Sequence record: OR352948.1
Source: Escherichia phage AV118
DNA length: 64,000 nucleotides
Direction: 5' to 3' (one strand)
Position 1 is the stretch's first letter; each line of letters starts with the position of its first letter. The position numbers and the translations under genes were made by a program. The notes under the pieces are model-generated. The model had not been told where the DNA came from. It saw only the letters and a list, made by a program, of their open reading frames with translations, and did no database searches. Below, piece after piece: positions 48,454 through 58,761 of the stretch.

Positions 48454-48520
48454 TTTGTTTCTCCTCTGTAGTTGATAAGTCTATAGTATCATAGACCATA
48501 GTTGTTGTACATCATTATTT

Positions 48521-48826
48521 TTAATTTTTCCAACTTAACAACTTGTAGTGTCCTTCATTAATACGTGGTTTATCCCAAGAAATACTAATATATGATTCAC
48601 TGTCAATAGAAGTCGTTTGGTTTTTCTCTACCGTAAGACCTTCACTTTCCAGCCATTCAATAGTATTTGCGCATAAATCAGAAGAACACCTCATTGGAAA
48701 CCGGCAAGATTTTTCACCTTTAGCTGCAGTGTTATACATCTTTTCTAAAATACGCTTTTGCACGTTTTTAAAAATAGTTTCAGCAGATTCTTCAGATTTT
48801 TTATTCAGTTCAGTGTAAAGACTCAT
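48521..48826 (-). CDS. hypothetical protein
   Basis: 101-aa ORF. Confidence 0.5.
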   Translation of the reverse strand: MSLYTELNKKSEESAETIFKNVQKRILEKMYNTAAKGEKSCRFPMRCSSDLCANTIEWLESEGLTVEKNQTTSIDSESYISISWDKPRINEGHYKLLSWKN

Positions 48827-48854
48827 AACATTTTCCTCTATGGTTGATAAGTCT

Positions 48855-48883
48855 ATAGTATCATGTCCTTAGAAGAAGTAAAC
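48855..48883 (-). promoter_or_regulatory. T4-early-type promoter GTTTAC-N17-TACTAT
   Basis: Promoter-family element. Confidence 0.5.
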
Positions 48884-48949
48884 ATCTTTATGAAATATTT
48901 TTATGCCCTAGATACCAAAAGGCCCCAACCATAAGGAAGGGGCATTCTA

Positions 48950-49414
48950 TTATTTAATTTGTTTAGCAGACCAGATACGGTCTTTAATAAGTTTTTGGAT
49001 ATCTTCAACATACTCAAGGCTATGAGCGTGAGGATTATCTTTGAAGCTATGTGCTCGTGCCAGTTTCTGTCCTTCTGTTTTGATTACTAAAAGCTCTTTA
49101 AGAATTGCTTCATACTTAGAAATAATTCCTTTGGCGATATTTTTTTCTTGAGCTGCTTTAGGGTCCACTTTTGGCGCAGGTGCTTTACCTGTAGCTTTCT
49201 GGAACAATTCACCTGATGCAGCTAGGCTTTTAAAAACTCGGCTAACAGTATTAGCATTAGTAAAACCTTCGGCTTTAAAATCTCTAATAAAACGGAAACG
49301 TTCTTCATCAGAGGCGTCTTTGTAAGAATATTTACCTGCTTGAATTGCTGCAATCGCAGCGGCTTTTACATCTGAACTAGATTGTTCAGTCAAAAATTCA
49401 GCGTATGATTTCAT
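48950..49414 (-). CDS. capsid internal protein with capsid-targeting sequence
   Basis: 154 aa; N-terminal CTS MKSYAEFLTEQ. Confidence 0.7.
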   Translation of the reverse strand: MKSYAEFLTEQSSSDVKAAAIAAIQAGKYSYKDASDEERFRFIRDFKAEGFTNANTVSRVFKSLAASGELFQKATGKAPAPKVDPKAAQEKNIAKGIISKYEAILKELLVIKTEGQKLARAHSFKDNPHAHSLEYVEDIQKLIKDRIWSAKQIK

Positions 49415-49457
49415 GTTGCTTTTCCTAAGTTAATTAACTTATCTATTTATTATTATG

Positions 49458-49487
49458 CCAAAAAGCCCCGACCTTTCGGAAGGGGCT
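49458..49487 (-). terminator. intrinsic terminator hairpin + U-run
   Basis: Same 34-bp sequence as at 34331..34364. Confidence 0.55.
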
Positions 49488-49798
49488 AAGCCTTGCGGCA
49501 ACCTTGTCGGGGTTCCACCTGCTAAGGCAAGTGTTTGTACGAAACGCCGGGATTCGAACCCGGTTATTAAGCAGTTGACGCTACTCAATATTTTTAAAAG
49601 GCCATATCTCGACCATATCCGAACGTTCCGTCAAAAACGCTACTCGGCTTACGGCAAAGATATTTCCTCGAATCGATAATTCGGTGCGCCGTTTCTGCTG
49701 TGATATAAGGGGGCATTAACAAAACATAAAGATTTATTAATGCCAGTCCTTACTCAGGGAACATCAGTCCGACGACTTACCGGTAGCGACCCGGCTTC

Positions 49799-50143
49799 TT
49801 ATTTTGACATATCATCAATTTGCTCTCGACGCCGACGCCATAGATTAATCGCTTCATAAACACATTCTGCGTTTGGTATATGACGGCAATAATATAATGA
49901 TTCGCGTTTCTGGAATCGATGTTGCAATTGGATTTCGTTTAAAAGGTCTTTACGGTCAAAGTATTCAAAACTAGTTAACCTGGAACGGTTTTTAATGAAC
50001 TTCCAATGACCAAATTCATTTTGAACATAGATGTAATCTGCATGTTGGTATAACAAATTAATCAATCGGTCTGAAATAACTGTATCATGTTCGTTAAAAT
50101 AAAACGTTAAATCATGAACTACTAAGTAAACATTACCTTTCAT
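49799..50143 (-). CDS. hypothetical protein
   Basis: 114 aa from ATG 50143 with SD GAGGAAA; ORF-track extension would overlap tRNA-Arg. Confidence 0.5.
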   Translation of the reverse strand: MKGNVYLVVHDLTFYFNEHDTVISDRLINLLYQHADYIYVQNEFGHWKFIKNRSRLTSFEYFDRKDLLNEIQLQHRFQKRESLYYCRHIPNAECVYEAINLWRRRREQIDDMSK

Positions 50144-50161
50144 ATTTTCCTCACTTAAAAT

Positions 50162-50238
<77 letters not shown>

Positions 50239-50338
50239 ATGATGCGGCTTTGGGTGTTTCAGTGTTACTCGTTTGTAGGTTCTACTTTTAACCCTTATTC
50301 GAACAACTTACCTACCTAAGAGCGTACTCACCGCGAAT

Positions 50339-50413
50339 TGGTGGCCCTGGCTGGTTTCGATCCAGCTACCTATCAGTTATGAGCTGACAGCTCTCCCATT
50401 GAGCTACAGGGCC
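50339..50413 (-). tRNA. tRNA with anticodon CAU (elongator Met or Ile2/lysidine)
   Basis: Manual cloverleaf: acceptor GGCCCTG/CAGGGCC, D-stem GCTC/GAGC, anticodon loop CTCATAA, T-stem GCTGG/CCAGC, encoded CCA. Confidence 0.75.
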
Positions 50414-50509
50414 TAAATAACTTTCTATTATGAAAGGCACTTGAGGGAGCACCTTTGGTAATAGAGGGTAGATTAATAATAACACATAATTCTTAAAGCA
50501 AATTACGTT

Positions 50510-50800
50510 TTACCGTACCATATTAATGTAGTTATATTCAATGCAACGTAATTTCAAAGGGTTCTTGAAAATATCATATTCAAGAGGGCCTTTTTCTGTT
50601 TCAATAAAGAAATCAAAGTTAACTGTGTTAAATTTAACGTCTTCACAGAGTAATTTAACTTGTGAAGATGAACGGTCGATATAAACCTTTTCAACCTCAA
50701 AGATAGTCAGAATACCGTAGTCATTAACCAGTGCTTTAGCTGCACGTTGGTCGCTTTCATATCCGTTCTCAATGGACGATACTTTAGCATAAAGAATCAT
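50510..50800 (-). CDS. hypothetical protein
   Basis: 96-aa ORF. Confidence 0.5.
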   Translation of the reverse strand: MILYAKVSSIENGYESDQRAAKALVNDYGILTIFEVEKVYIDRSSSQVKLLCEDVKFNTVNFDFFIETEKGPLEYDIFKNPLKLRCIEYNYINMVR

Positions 50801-51159
50801 GAATGTTCCACCATTTCAAAGGTATGAGCATCAACAATATGATACCAGTCAAAATTTTCTTCCGCGTTTTTATAAATTTCGCGAAGAGCTTCAACAGTTT
50901 TTCCTGTAGCAACAAGATCGTCAATACCACCAAGAGGATAACAGTAATAACCAGCAAACAGAAGGAAATTAATAGTTTCTGTAGGTTCTGGATGCAGAAC
51001 ACCGTTATCATCTACCACTTCAAAGAAAGTGTAAGAAGGAGTACAAGTTTTAATCCAAGCCCATGCTTGGGCTGCTGAATCAAATGGACTGCGTATCAAA
51101 CGACAATCAGGGTCTTTAGAAGGATTTGCTTCAAAATCCGCATATACGTGATATTTCAT
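50797..51159 (-). CDS. hypothetical protein
   Basis: 120 aa from ATG 51159, SD AGGTGA. Confidence 0.5.
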   Translation of the reverse strand: MKYHVYADFEANPSKDPDCRLIRSPFDSAAQAWAWIKTCTPSYTFFEVVDDNGVLHPEPTETINFLLFAGYYCYPLGGIDDLVATGKTVEALREIYKNAEENFDWYHIVDAHTFEMVEHS

Positions 51160-51160
51160 T

Positions 51161-51367
51161 TTACTCACCTTTTGCAATTTTATCCATAACGATAGCGATT
51201 AAGCCGATTAGAAATGCTACTACCAATGAGATAGAATTTTCTGTTGTTGTCAGTAGTCCACAAATGAATCCTACAAACATCGAAAAACTAAAAGCCATTG
51301 AAGCAATTACTACAGCAACATTACGAATCAGTTCAGCGCGTTTCATTTTATTTCTCCATTTACTCAT
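51161..51367 (-). CDS. small membrane protein
   Basis: 68 aa; two hydrophobic helices. Confidence 0.5.
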   Translation of the reverse strand: MSKWRNKMKRAELIRNVAVVIASMAFSFSMFVGFICGLLTTTENSISLVVAFLIGLIAIVMDKIAKGE

Positions 51368-51383
51368 TTGTTTTGATAGGACT

Positions 51384-51413
51384 ACTATAACATATCCCTA
51401 TAGGCTTGTATAC
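51384..51413 (-). promoter_or_regulatory. T4-early-type promoter-like palindromic element (weaker -35)
   Basis: GATAGGACTACTATAACAT element; -35-like GTATAC. Confidence 0.35.
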
Positions 51414-51415
51414 CT

Positions 51416-51679
51416 TTATTTCAAATATATTGCGTATTTTTTATAGCCACCAGGCTCGTGTCGAAGACCTTTATCATTCGCAAAACGTTGAATGTTATTG
51501 AACTGATTTTCATCAAGTTCGGATGTGTCAAATACGAAAAAGTTTCGTTTGTTACCAAGCGTGATATGCGGAGTTAAGTCAATGTTATACAAATTAAGAA
51601 TATCAGCAATAACCTGATTGACCGCTTTGTTAATTTTCACACCAGATGATTCTGAGATGAATTCGTTGAAAGTTTTCAT
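51416..51679 (-). CDS. capsid internal protein with capsid-targeting sequence
   Basis: 87 aa from ATG 51679; N-terminal CTS MKTFNEFISES. Confidence 0.7.
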   Translation of the reverse strand: MKTFNEFISESSGVKINKAVNQVIADILNLYNIDLTPHITLGNKRNFFVFDTSELDENQFNNIQRFANDKGLRHEPGGYKKYAIYLK

Positions 51680-51711
51680 TTTAGGTTCCATTTGGTTGTT
51701 TTGATAGGACT

Positions 51712-51741
51712 ACTATAACATAGTCCTATCGTGTTGTAAAT
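51712..51741 (-). promoter_or_regulatory. T4-early-type promoter-like palindromic element
   Basis: GATAGGACTA/TAGTCCTATC inverted repeat with TATAGT and ATTTAC. Confidence 0.4.
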
Positions 51742-52052
51742 TATTTTATGCCTTTAGAAGAAATGGTATTTTGGCGTTTGACCCCTGTTTGTGAAAAATC
51801 GTGGTTATCGATTTGGTCGACTCGCATAACACCAAATGCAGATTTAATTTTAGCCTTTGAACCTTTTTTAATACTAATTACCATATAAGTATCATTTTTC
51901 TTATATTCGAAATTTGTTACTTCAACGCCTTGATTAGAAATTGACTTAATAATAGCATTAGCGTATTCATCATCTAACGGACCGGTGGTGTTAATAATAA
52001 AATTTTTATCGGCTTTAGTAGCTTCAGCGATAAACTCTTGATAAGTTTTCAT
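51741..52052 (-). CDS. capsid internal protein with capsid-targeting sequence (IPI-position)
   Basis: 103 aa; N-terminal CTS MKTYQEFIAEA; adjacent to 57B as T4 ipI. Confidence 0.75.
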   Translation of the reverse strand: MKTYQEFIAEATKADKNFIINTTGPLDDEYANAIIKSISNQGVEVTNFEYKKNDTYMVISIKKGSKAKIKSAFGVMRVDQIDNHDFSQTGVKRQNTISSKGIK

Positions 52053-52097
52053 TTTATTTCCTTGAGGTTGTTTATTTGATAGGATGATAGTAACACA

Positions 52098-52127
52098 CCA
52101 TCATCCTTATGTAAACTGTTTTGTGAA
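52098..52127 (-). promoter_or_regulatory. T4-early-type promoter (GTTTAC + TACTAT)
   Basis: Palindromic promoter-family element. Confidence 0.45.
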
Positions 52128-52129
52128 AA

Positions 52130-52815
<686 letters not shown>

Positions 52816-52819
52816 TTTA

Positions 52820-53554
52820 TTACCTTAAGATTGTTTCAATTTTAGAATAAAGCTCTTCTAAAGAGCCGTCGTTTGTAATAACTAAATCGCCTTCTTCAAT
52901 AGGCAACCCAGCTTCTGTAATATGTTTATCTGTGGATTCCGTACCAGAGCGAACCACATGAATAACTGTAGCACCCATCGCTCTAGCGGTTTCCATTTCA
53001 TGGACTTGGCGTGTATCGGTCACAACATAGTAATCGAAATCACTTCCAATATAATCCATATAGTTTAATGCAAAAAGTTTAACCCAATACATACGGTCAA
53101 ATAAATTAACGACAACATCCGTACCGAGGGCTTGCATAAGACGGCGGATTGACCATGTGTCGTTGATATTATTTATAGCTTCACGCAGGGCTTCATATGG
53201 TTTAATATCTAGATACGAATATCCACCTTCTAACGATGATAATACTTTAACATTATTAATTGGTAAATATTGACTTTGCAAATAAATTAGCGCTTCTTCC
53301 AATAATTCAATAACATCCAACTTATTGATATTTAATGGCGTTTCACGGTCATATCCGATACCTTCAAAGTATTCGTATTTCAACTCTGTGAATACATCAG
53401 GATTTTCAGCATGCCTACGTCCCCAGGCTATTGCTAGAGAGTCTTTAATTGGATATGCTAATTGGTATTTTACGGATTTAAAGTTTGAATTGATGTAATC
53501 AGCAGTAGTGTCTTTACCACTACGTTTGATGCCACTTAAAAAGATTAGCTCCAT
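52820..53554 (-). CDS. 1: deoxynucleoside monophosphate kinase
   Basis: 244 aa; P-loop GIKRSGKDT; matches T4 gp1. Confidence 0.9.
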   Translation of the reverse strand: MELIFLSGIKRSGKDTTADYINSNFKSVKYQLAYPIKDSLAIAWGRRHAENPDVFTELKYEYFEGIGYDRETPLNINKLDVIELLEEALIYLQSQYLPINNVKVLSSLEGGYSYLDIKPYEALREAINNINDTWSIRRLMQALGTDVVVNLFDRMYWVKLFALNYMDYIGSDFDYYVVTDTRQVHEMETARAMGATVIHVVRSGTESTDKHITEAGLPIEEGDLVITNDGSLEELYSKIETILR

Positions 53555-53607
53555 AGGTTTTCCTCATATAATTTATGAGTGATTATAACATACGGAGCTA
53601 GAAGCGA

Positions 53608-54198
53608 TTAACGCAAGGAAGGGTGTCTAGAAATGGATTTAGATTCGACCGCTTGACGTGGTTGTTGAGATACAATGACTTCACCATCCTTTTCTATCGT
53701 CATATACGCATAGTGAATAGTTGCTACGCACGTAACGGCAGGGTCAGAATCTTCAGTGTAACTAAATTCAATTTCACTCAAATCAGAAATCCATGGTTTA
53801 TAGAAATTTGCCGTCAAAACTACTTCTGTCTTATTGTTGTTTAAAATGTGCAAAGTAACAAACTCAGGACCATCGGAGTGGGCCGTATTATGCCCAGTTA
53901 TATAGTTATTAGTGCTGAGCATCCATTTATACATGTTCATCCAGGACGTCATGTCTTCATCAACTATAAATCGTACAACAAAAGGGTCATATTCAAATGT
54001 GGTGCCTGCACGCATTGCACGTCCTAACCCCATCGTGCCTGTCACAGTTTCAACAACAGGAATTCTCACACCTGGCAACGGTGCCGTTTGGGCATTGAGC
54101 ACAAAACCTGAAGTTCGTGTACTATCTGGGATATCCACAACAAAGTTTGTTATATTTGTTTGGTTAAAAATCTGTCTCGTTGGACGAGTCATAAGCAC
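53608..54198 (-). CDS. 3: tail completion / sheath stabilizer protein
   Basis: 196-aa ORF (start may be internal) at T4 gp3 position. Confidence 0.7.
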   Translation of the reverse strand: MLMTRPTRQIFNQTNITNFVVDIPDSTRTSGFVLNAQTAPLPGVRIPVVETVTGTMGLGRAMRAGTTFEYDPFVVRFIVDEDMTSWMNMYKWMLSTNNYITGHNTAHSDGPEFVTLHILNNNKTEVVLTANFYKPWISDLSEIEFSYTEDSDPAVTCVATIHYAYMTIEKDGEVIVSQQPRQAVESKSISRHPSLR

Positions 54199-54294
54199 CT
54201 CAAAAACGCTTTAATAAAAATGCAGTATAATGGTTTTAGGTCTCTTCCATTAATCTGGTTCAACAGAATATCAGAAGAACGGAAGAGAATAGAA

Positions 54295-55116
54295 TTAAGA
54301 TTTCCAAACAGTATTCGCAGAGAAACGTTTTCCTTTTGACATAAACTGCTGAGTAGGTAACATGATTATGTTAGCCCAGTCTTTAGGAGCTATTTCTGTT
54401 ATTGTTCCTCTAATGTGGCCTGGCAGGTATGCTTTAATCATTTTGTCAGCACCTTGAAATCCTTTCACCTTGCTCCAGTCTATCTTCAACTTTGTGTTAT
54501 TAGTAATAGTAGTTGTGCTAGCATATTGCTTCAGCAATTCTTCAAGAAACTGTTGTCGTGCTTTAGGTGGGATATAGTGCAAGTTTAACCCATACATCAA
54601 ATTATGTTTACCTAATCCTAAATAAATAATCAAAGGATAACGGTCCCAGTATGGCAGAGTATCTTTATGTTTAGCATCATACACGTAAGTATAAATTTTG
54701 CCTGGCGTAGGCTTGACTACTTTATGACCTTTTACACTTTTCTTAATTGTTTCAACAAACCACTTAGATGATTTGTTGTTTACTGCTGCGCCTTCATTTC
54801 TAATCTTTTCTCGTATTGAACTGCGAAACGAGTTTATCATCAGAAGTTGACGTTCTTGCTTATTGAGTTTATTTTTAGGTTTAGATTCAAGCGTTTCAAT
54901 TTTCTGTGCAGTCTTAATAGATGATGCATATCTAGACATTGCAGATGTAAACGACGAGTATTTTATTCCTTTTGATTCTGCAAATGCTTTTGCGGTGATT
55001 CCTTTCTCTTTAGCTTTCTTGTATTCTAATCCTATCTCAATCCATTTTCTTTCATTCATAGACTGAGCAATCTTAGGGGCTTGTGCGCCTTCAGATATAA
55101 TTTGGAATATGCTCAT
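54295..55116 (-). CDS. 2: DNA end-protector protein
   Basis: 273-aa ORF, size/position of T4 gp2. Confidence 0.8.
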   Translation of the reverse strand: MSIFQIISEGAQAPKIAQSMNERKWIEIGLEYKKAKEKGITAKAFAESKGIKYSSFTSAMSRYASSIKTAQKIETLESKPKNKLNKQERQLLMINSFRSSIREKIRNEGAAVNNKSSKWFVETIKKSVKGHKVVKPTPGKIYTYVYDAKHKDTLPYWDRYPLIIYLGLGKHNLMYGLNLHYIPPKARQQFLEELLKQYASTTTITNNTKLKIDWSKVKGFQGADKMIKAYLPGHIRGTITEIAPKDWANIIMLPTQQFMSKGKRFSANTVWKS

Positions 55117-55118
55117 AA

Positions 55119-55568
55119 TTACCCCTTGTATCCGAGTTTTCTAAGTCCGTCTTCGGTTAGAACTCGAAATTTTATATTTCTCTTTTCAGCAACAGCTGAG
55201 GCAGCTTTCCATTTGTCACAGTTCACAGACCAGGTATATATTTCATTCATATAACGTTTCTTTGCTGCGGTCGTAAGATTTGCGGGCTTAATAGGTGGCT
55301 GAGTTTCTTTCTTTGGTTTTATTTCTACAAAAAACTCTTGACCTGATGCATCTTTCATCCATATGTCCATATAGTATCGACGTTTCTTACCTTCAGCATT
55401 ACAAAAATATGGAATTACTGCTGTTTCACTACCCCATGCAATAATTTCTGGATTTTTATCCAACCATTCGAAAAAGAATTTTTCCCAGTTTGAACGATAC
55501 GTTATTTTGGTATGGTCTCCACGGTATTTTTTTAAATTTTTTGGGACCCATTTACCAGAGTAGGCCAT
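55119..55568 (-). CDS. 4: head completion protein
   Basis: 149 aa from ATG 55568 (MAYSGKWVP...), SD AAGGAGG; ORF-track extension overlaps gp53. Confidence 0.8.
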   Translation of the reverse strand: MAYSGKWVPKNLKKYRGDHTKITYRSNWEKFFFEWLDKNPEIIAWGSETAVIPYFCNAEGKKRRYYMDIWMKDASGQEFFVEIKPKKETQPPIKPANLTTAAKKRYMNEIYTWSVNCDKWKAASAVAEKRNIKFRVLTEDGLRKLGYKG

Positions 55569-55579
55569 GTTGTCCTCCT

Positions 55580-55587
55580 TATAAATA
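55580..55587 (+). promoter_or_regulatory. T4 late promoter TATAAATA (gene 53)
   Basis: Exact TATAAATA about 50 nt upstream of gp53 start. Confidence 0.6.
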
Positions 55588-55594
55588 GTATTAT

Positions 55595-55602
55595 TATTTA
55601 TA
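55595..55602 (-). promoter_or_regulatory. T4 late promoter TATAAATA (gene 4), divergent from the gene 53 promoter
   Basis: Exact TATAAATA on minus strand about 27 nt upstream of gp4 ATG. Confidence 0.6.
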
Positions 55603-55629
55603 CCAATTTCATATTGGAAGGAGACTATC

Positions 55630-56205
55630 TTGTTATTTACATTCTTCGACCCAATAGGATATAGTGCTAAAACAGTTAATAAGAATGCACCTACTATTCC
55701 TATGACAGACATATTTCGTAACTATAAAGAGTACTTTAAGCGTGTGGCTGCCAATTATAGATTACGTTCTTATTACATTAAAGGCTCTCCACGTCCTGAA
55801 GAACTAGCGAATATCATTTATGGCAACCCGCAATTATACTGGGTTCTTTTGATGTGCAACGATAACTACGACCCGTATTATGGTTGGATTACATCTCAGG
55901 AAGCAGCGTATCAAGCTTCTATTCAGAAATATGCTAATGCTGGTGGAGACCAAATTCTTTACCATATTAATGAGAACCGTGAGAAATTTTACAATTTAGT
56001 TTCATATCCTGATGAGCCTTTAGTGTGGTACGATAAAGGTGATGAAGCTCGTAAGTATCCGCAATATAAAGGACCTTTAGCTGCAGTAGATACTTATGAA
56101 GCGGCAGTATTAGATAATGAAAAACTTCGTAAAATAAAAATTGTTGCAAAAGAAGATATAAACTCGTTTATCACAGATTTGATTCGTGAGATGGAGATTG
56201 CATAA
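55630..56205 (+). CDS. 53: baseplate wedge protein
   Basis: 191-aa ORF; apparent TTG start with SD AAGGAG 7 nt upstream; precedes gp5. Confidence 0.85.
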   Translation: MLFTFFDPIGYSAKTVNKNAPTIPMTDIFRNYKEYFKRVAANYRLRSYYIKGSPRPEELANIIYGNPQLYWVLLMCNDNYDPYYGWITSQEAAYQASIQKYANAGGDQILYHINENREKFYNLVSYPDEPLVWYDKGDEARKYPQYKGPLAAVDTYEAAVLDNEKLRKIKIVAKEDINSFITDLIREMEIA

Positions 56206-57938
56206 TGGAAATGATTAGCAGTAGCCTTAATTGGTTCGTGGGTGTTGTCGAGGACAGAATGGACCCATTAAAACAAGGGCGAGTTCGAGTTCGAGTCGTT
56301 GGTCTTCATCCGGCACAGAGAGCACAAGGTGATGTACAAGGTATTCCTACAGAAAAACTTCCATGGATGACTGTTATTCAACCTATTACGTCTGCATCAA
56401 TGTCAGGTATTGGTGGTTCTGTTACAGGTCCTGTTGAAGGAACTCGAGTATATGGTCATTTCTTAGACAAATGGAAAACAAACGGGATTGTACTTGGTAC
56501 GTATGGCGGAATTGTACGTGAAAAGCCTAATAAACTTGAAGGTTTTTCAGACCCGACAGGCCAGTATCCGCGACGTTTAGGTAATGATACGAACGTATTA
56601 AACCAAGGTGGTGAAGCTGGTTATTATTCGAACTCTAACGTAATTCAAGATAACAACTTGGATTATGGTATAAACCCAGACGATACAGATTTAGCAAATA
56701 TTCCAGAAGATGATGACCCTAATTTTACAATAACAGAAATGTTACGTCGTGACGAAGGTCTTCGTGATAAAGTGTATTGGGACCATCTCGGATATCCTAC
56801 CGTAGGTATTGGTCACCTTATCGTAATGGAAAAGACCCGAGATATGTCTCGAATTAATAAATTGTTATCTGATCAAGTAGGGCGTGAAGTAACAGGAAAT
56901 CCCGGAACTATTACATTAGAAGAAGCAACAGCGTTATTTGAGAAAGACCTTGCTAAGATGCAGAAAGACATTCGTTCTAATTCTAAAGTAGGTCCTGTTT
57001 ATGCTAAAATGAACAGGTCTCGTCAAATGGCATTAGAAAACATGTGCTTCCAAATGGGTGTTGGTGGTGTAGCAAAATTCAATACTATGCTTAAAGCAAT
57101 GGCCACAGGCGATTGGAAAACTGCATACAAATCTGGACGCGATTCATTATGGTTCCAACAGACTAAAGGACGCGCTTCACGTGTAACAACAATTATTTTA
57201 ACCGGTAATATGGAATCATACGGTGTTCCTGTTAAAACACCGCCTTCACCAGGAGTTGGTGCCGATTTAGTTACTAGAAATACCGATCCAGAAGACCCGG
57301 CCGGTCCTCCTGTTCCATTAGATTCACGTATCCTTTTTAAAGAACCAGAATCAAGTTATCGTGGTGAGTATCCATACGTTCATGCTATGGAAACAGAAAG
57401 TGGTCATATCCAAGAATTTGACGATACTCCAGGTAATGAACGTTATCGCTTAGTTCATCCAACAGGGTCATATGAGGAAGTTTCTCCGTCTGGGCGTCGT
57501 ACTCGTAAAACTGTAGAAGACCTTTTTGACATCACTAATGGTGATGGGAACTTCTTGATTTCTGGCGATAAGCTTGTTAACGTTGGTGCTAATGAAATAT
57601 ATTATAACATGGCAGACCGCCTCCATCAAATAGACGGCAATGACACAATCTTTATTCGTGGTAACCAATCTAAAACTGTTGAAGGCGATGGAACTCTTTA
57701 CGTTAAGGGTAATATCAAAATAGTTGTTGACGGAAATGCAGATATTCTTGTTAAAGGTGATGCTAAAACTCAGGTCGAAGGGAATCATGATTACACCGTC
57801 AACGGAAACGTTAAATGGACTGTTAATGGTAATGTTGATATGACTGTTGCCGGGGATTGGGCAGAAACAATGTCTACAATGAGCTCAGTAGCTTCAGGAC
57901 AATACACTGTTGACGGATCTCGTATTGATATTGGGTAA
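56205..57938 (+). CDS. 5: baseplate hub + tail lysozyme (cell-puncturing device)
   Basis: 577 aa; central lysozyme domain EGLRDKVYWDHLGYPTVGIGH; C-terminal beta-helix VxGxxxxx repeats. Confidence 0.95.
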   Translation: MEMISSSLNWFVGVVEDRMDPLKQGRVRVRVVGLHPAQRAQGDVQGIPTEKLPWMTVIQPITSASMSGIGGSVTGPVEGTRVYGHFLDKWKTNGIVLGTYGGIVREKPNKLEGFSDPTGQYPRRLGNDTNVLNQGGEAGYYSNSNVIQDNNLDYGINPDDTDLANIPEDDDPNFTITEMLRRDEGLRDKVYWDHLGYPTVGIGHLIVMEKTRDMSRINKLLSDQVGREVTGNPGTITLEEATALFEKDLAKMQKDIRSNSKVGPVYAKMNRSRQMALENMCFQMGVGGVAKFNTMLKAMATGDWKTAYKSGRDSLWFQQTKGRASRVTTIILTGNMESYGVPVKTPPSPGVGADLVTRNTDPEDPAGPPVPLDSRILFKEPESSYRGEYPYVHAMETESGHIQEFDDTPGNERYRLVHPTGSYEEVSPSGRRTRKTVEDLFDITNGDGNFLISGDKLVNVGANEIYYNMADRLHQIDGNDTIFIRGNQSKTVEGDGTLYVKGNIKIVVDGNADILVKGDAKTQVEGNHDYTVNGNVKWTVNGNVDMTVAGDWAETMSTMSSVASGQYTVDGSRIDIG

Positions 57939-57941
57939 TAT

Positions 57942-58457
57942 ATGGCACAAATACTTCCTTTAAATACCGACTTAGGAGAAGACATGGAAGGGGCGTCTAT
58001 TGACGTCCTTTTTACTCCGCAGTTAGAAACAACCGAAACTTTAGTGTCAATAAATATAACAGATTATGAACCGACACAAGGCATTACGGTAGATGGTAAT
58101 CGTTTATATGGAACATATGAAAGTGTGTTTAGCTTTTCTTCGGACGCATTGAAATACCGATTAAATGATGATTTTGAAACCGCATCTTCATGGGATGATT
58201 TACCAAAAGATGAGTCCACACAGTTATATTTGTGGAGAGCTCCTCAGAATCTTCGTAAAGTGTTTAGTTATACGGTTGAAATGATTTATAACTACCAAGA
58301 AGAAAGTTCATCAGGCGGTTCTAGAAGCGACTCTGGTACAGAACCTCCACCGGCTCCAGTACAAAAAACTCTTACTAAGGTTTATACAAAAACTATAGTA
58401 GGAAATTGGAGCAAATGGGCTCATCAATTACGAAACTATGTTTATGAGAGGCCGTGA
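57942..58457 (+). CDS. 5.1: baseplate-associated protein 5.1
   Basis: 171-aa ORF between gp5 and PAAR gene. Confidence 0.6.
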   Translation: MAQILPLNTDLGEDMEGASIDVLFTPQLETTETLVSINITDYEPTQGITVDGNRLYGTYESVFSFSSDALKYRLNDDFETASSWDDLPKDESTQLYLWRAPQNLRKVFSYTVEMIYNYQEESSSGGSRSDSGTEPPPAPVQKTLTKVYTKTIVGNWSKWAHQLRNYVYERP

Positions 58458-58753
58458 AAATGTCTGGCTTAAGTTACGACAAGTGCGTTACAACAGGTCA
58501 TGAAGCATGGCCTCCTACTGTAATAAATGCTTCCCAATCTAAAGTGTTCACCGGCGGTATTCCTGTTCTTGTGGCAGGAGACCAAATAACACCTCATACA
58601 GAAATTAAAAAACCATACGAGACTCATGGAGGTGTTACTGAACCTCGTACATCTAAAGTATACGTCACCGGTAAAAAGGCCGTTCAAATGGCTGACCCAA
58701 TTTCATGCGGGGATACTGTTTCTCAGGCCTCGTCAAAAGTCTTTATAAAATAG
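58454..58753 (+). CDS. 5.4: PAAR-repeat spike tip protein
   Basis: 99-aa ORF with Cys/His-rich PAAR-like core at T4 gp5.4 position. Confidence 0.7.
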   Translation: MKMSGLSYDKCVTTGHEAWPPTVINASQSKVFTGGIPVLVAGDQITPHTEIKKPYETHGGVTEPRTSKVYVTGKKAVQMADPISCGDTVSQASSKVFIK

Positions 58754-58761
58754 GAATTAAA

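Noticed and set aside
49536-49640. Possible third tRNA on the minus strand, anchored on the T-arm-like motif CCGGG-TTCGAAT-CCCGG
   Set aside because: Acceptor pairing is possible only for a 91-nt molecule and I could not fold a credible D-arm or anticodon arm; kept as an unexplained motif, not called as tRNA.
57468-57985. Minus-strand ORFs 57468..57788 and 57791..57985
   Set aside because: Antisense to gp5 and the gp5/5.1 junction in a block of plus-strand structural genes.
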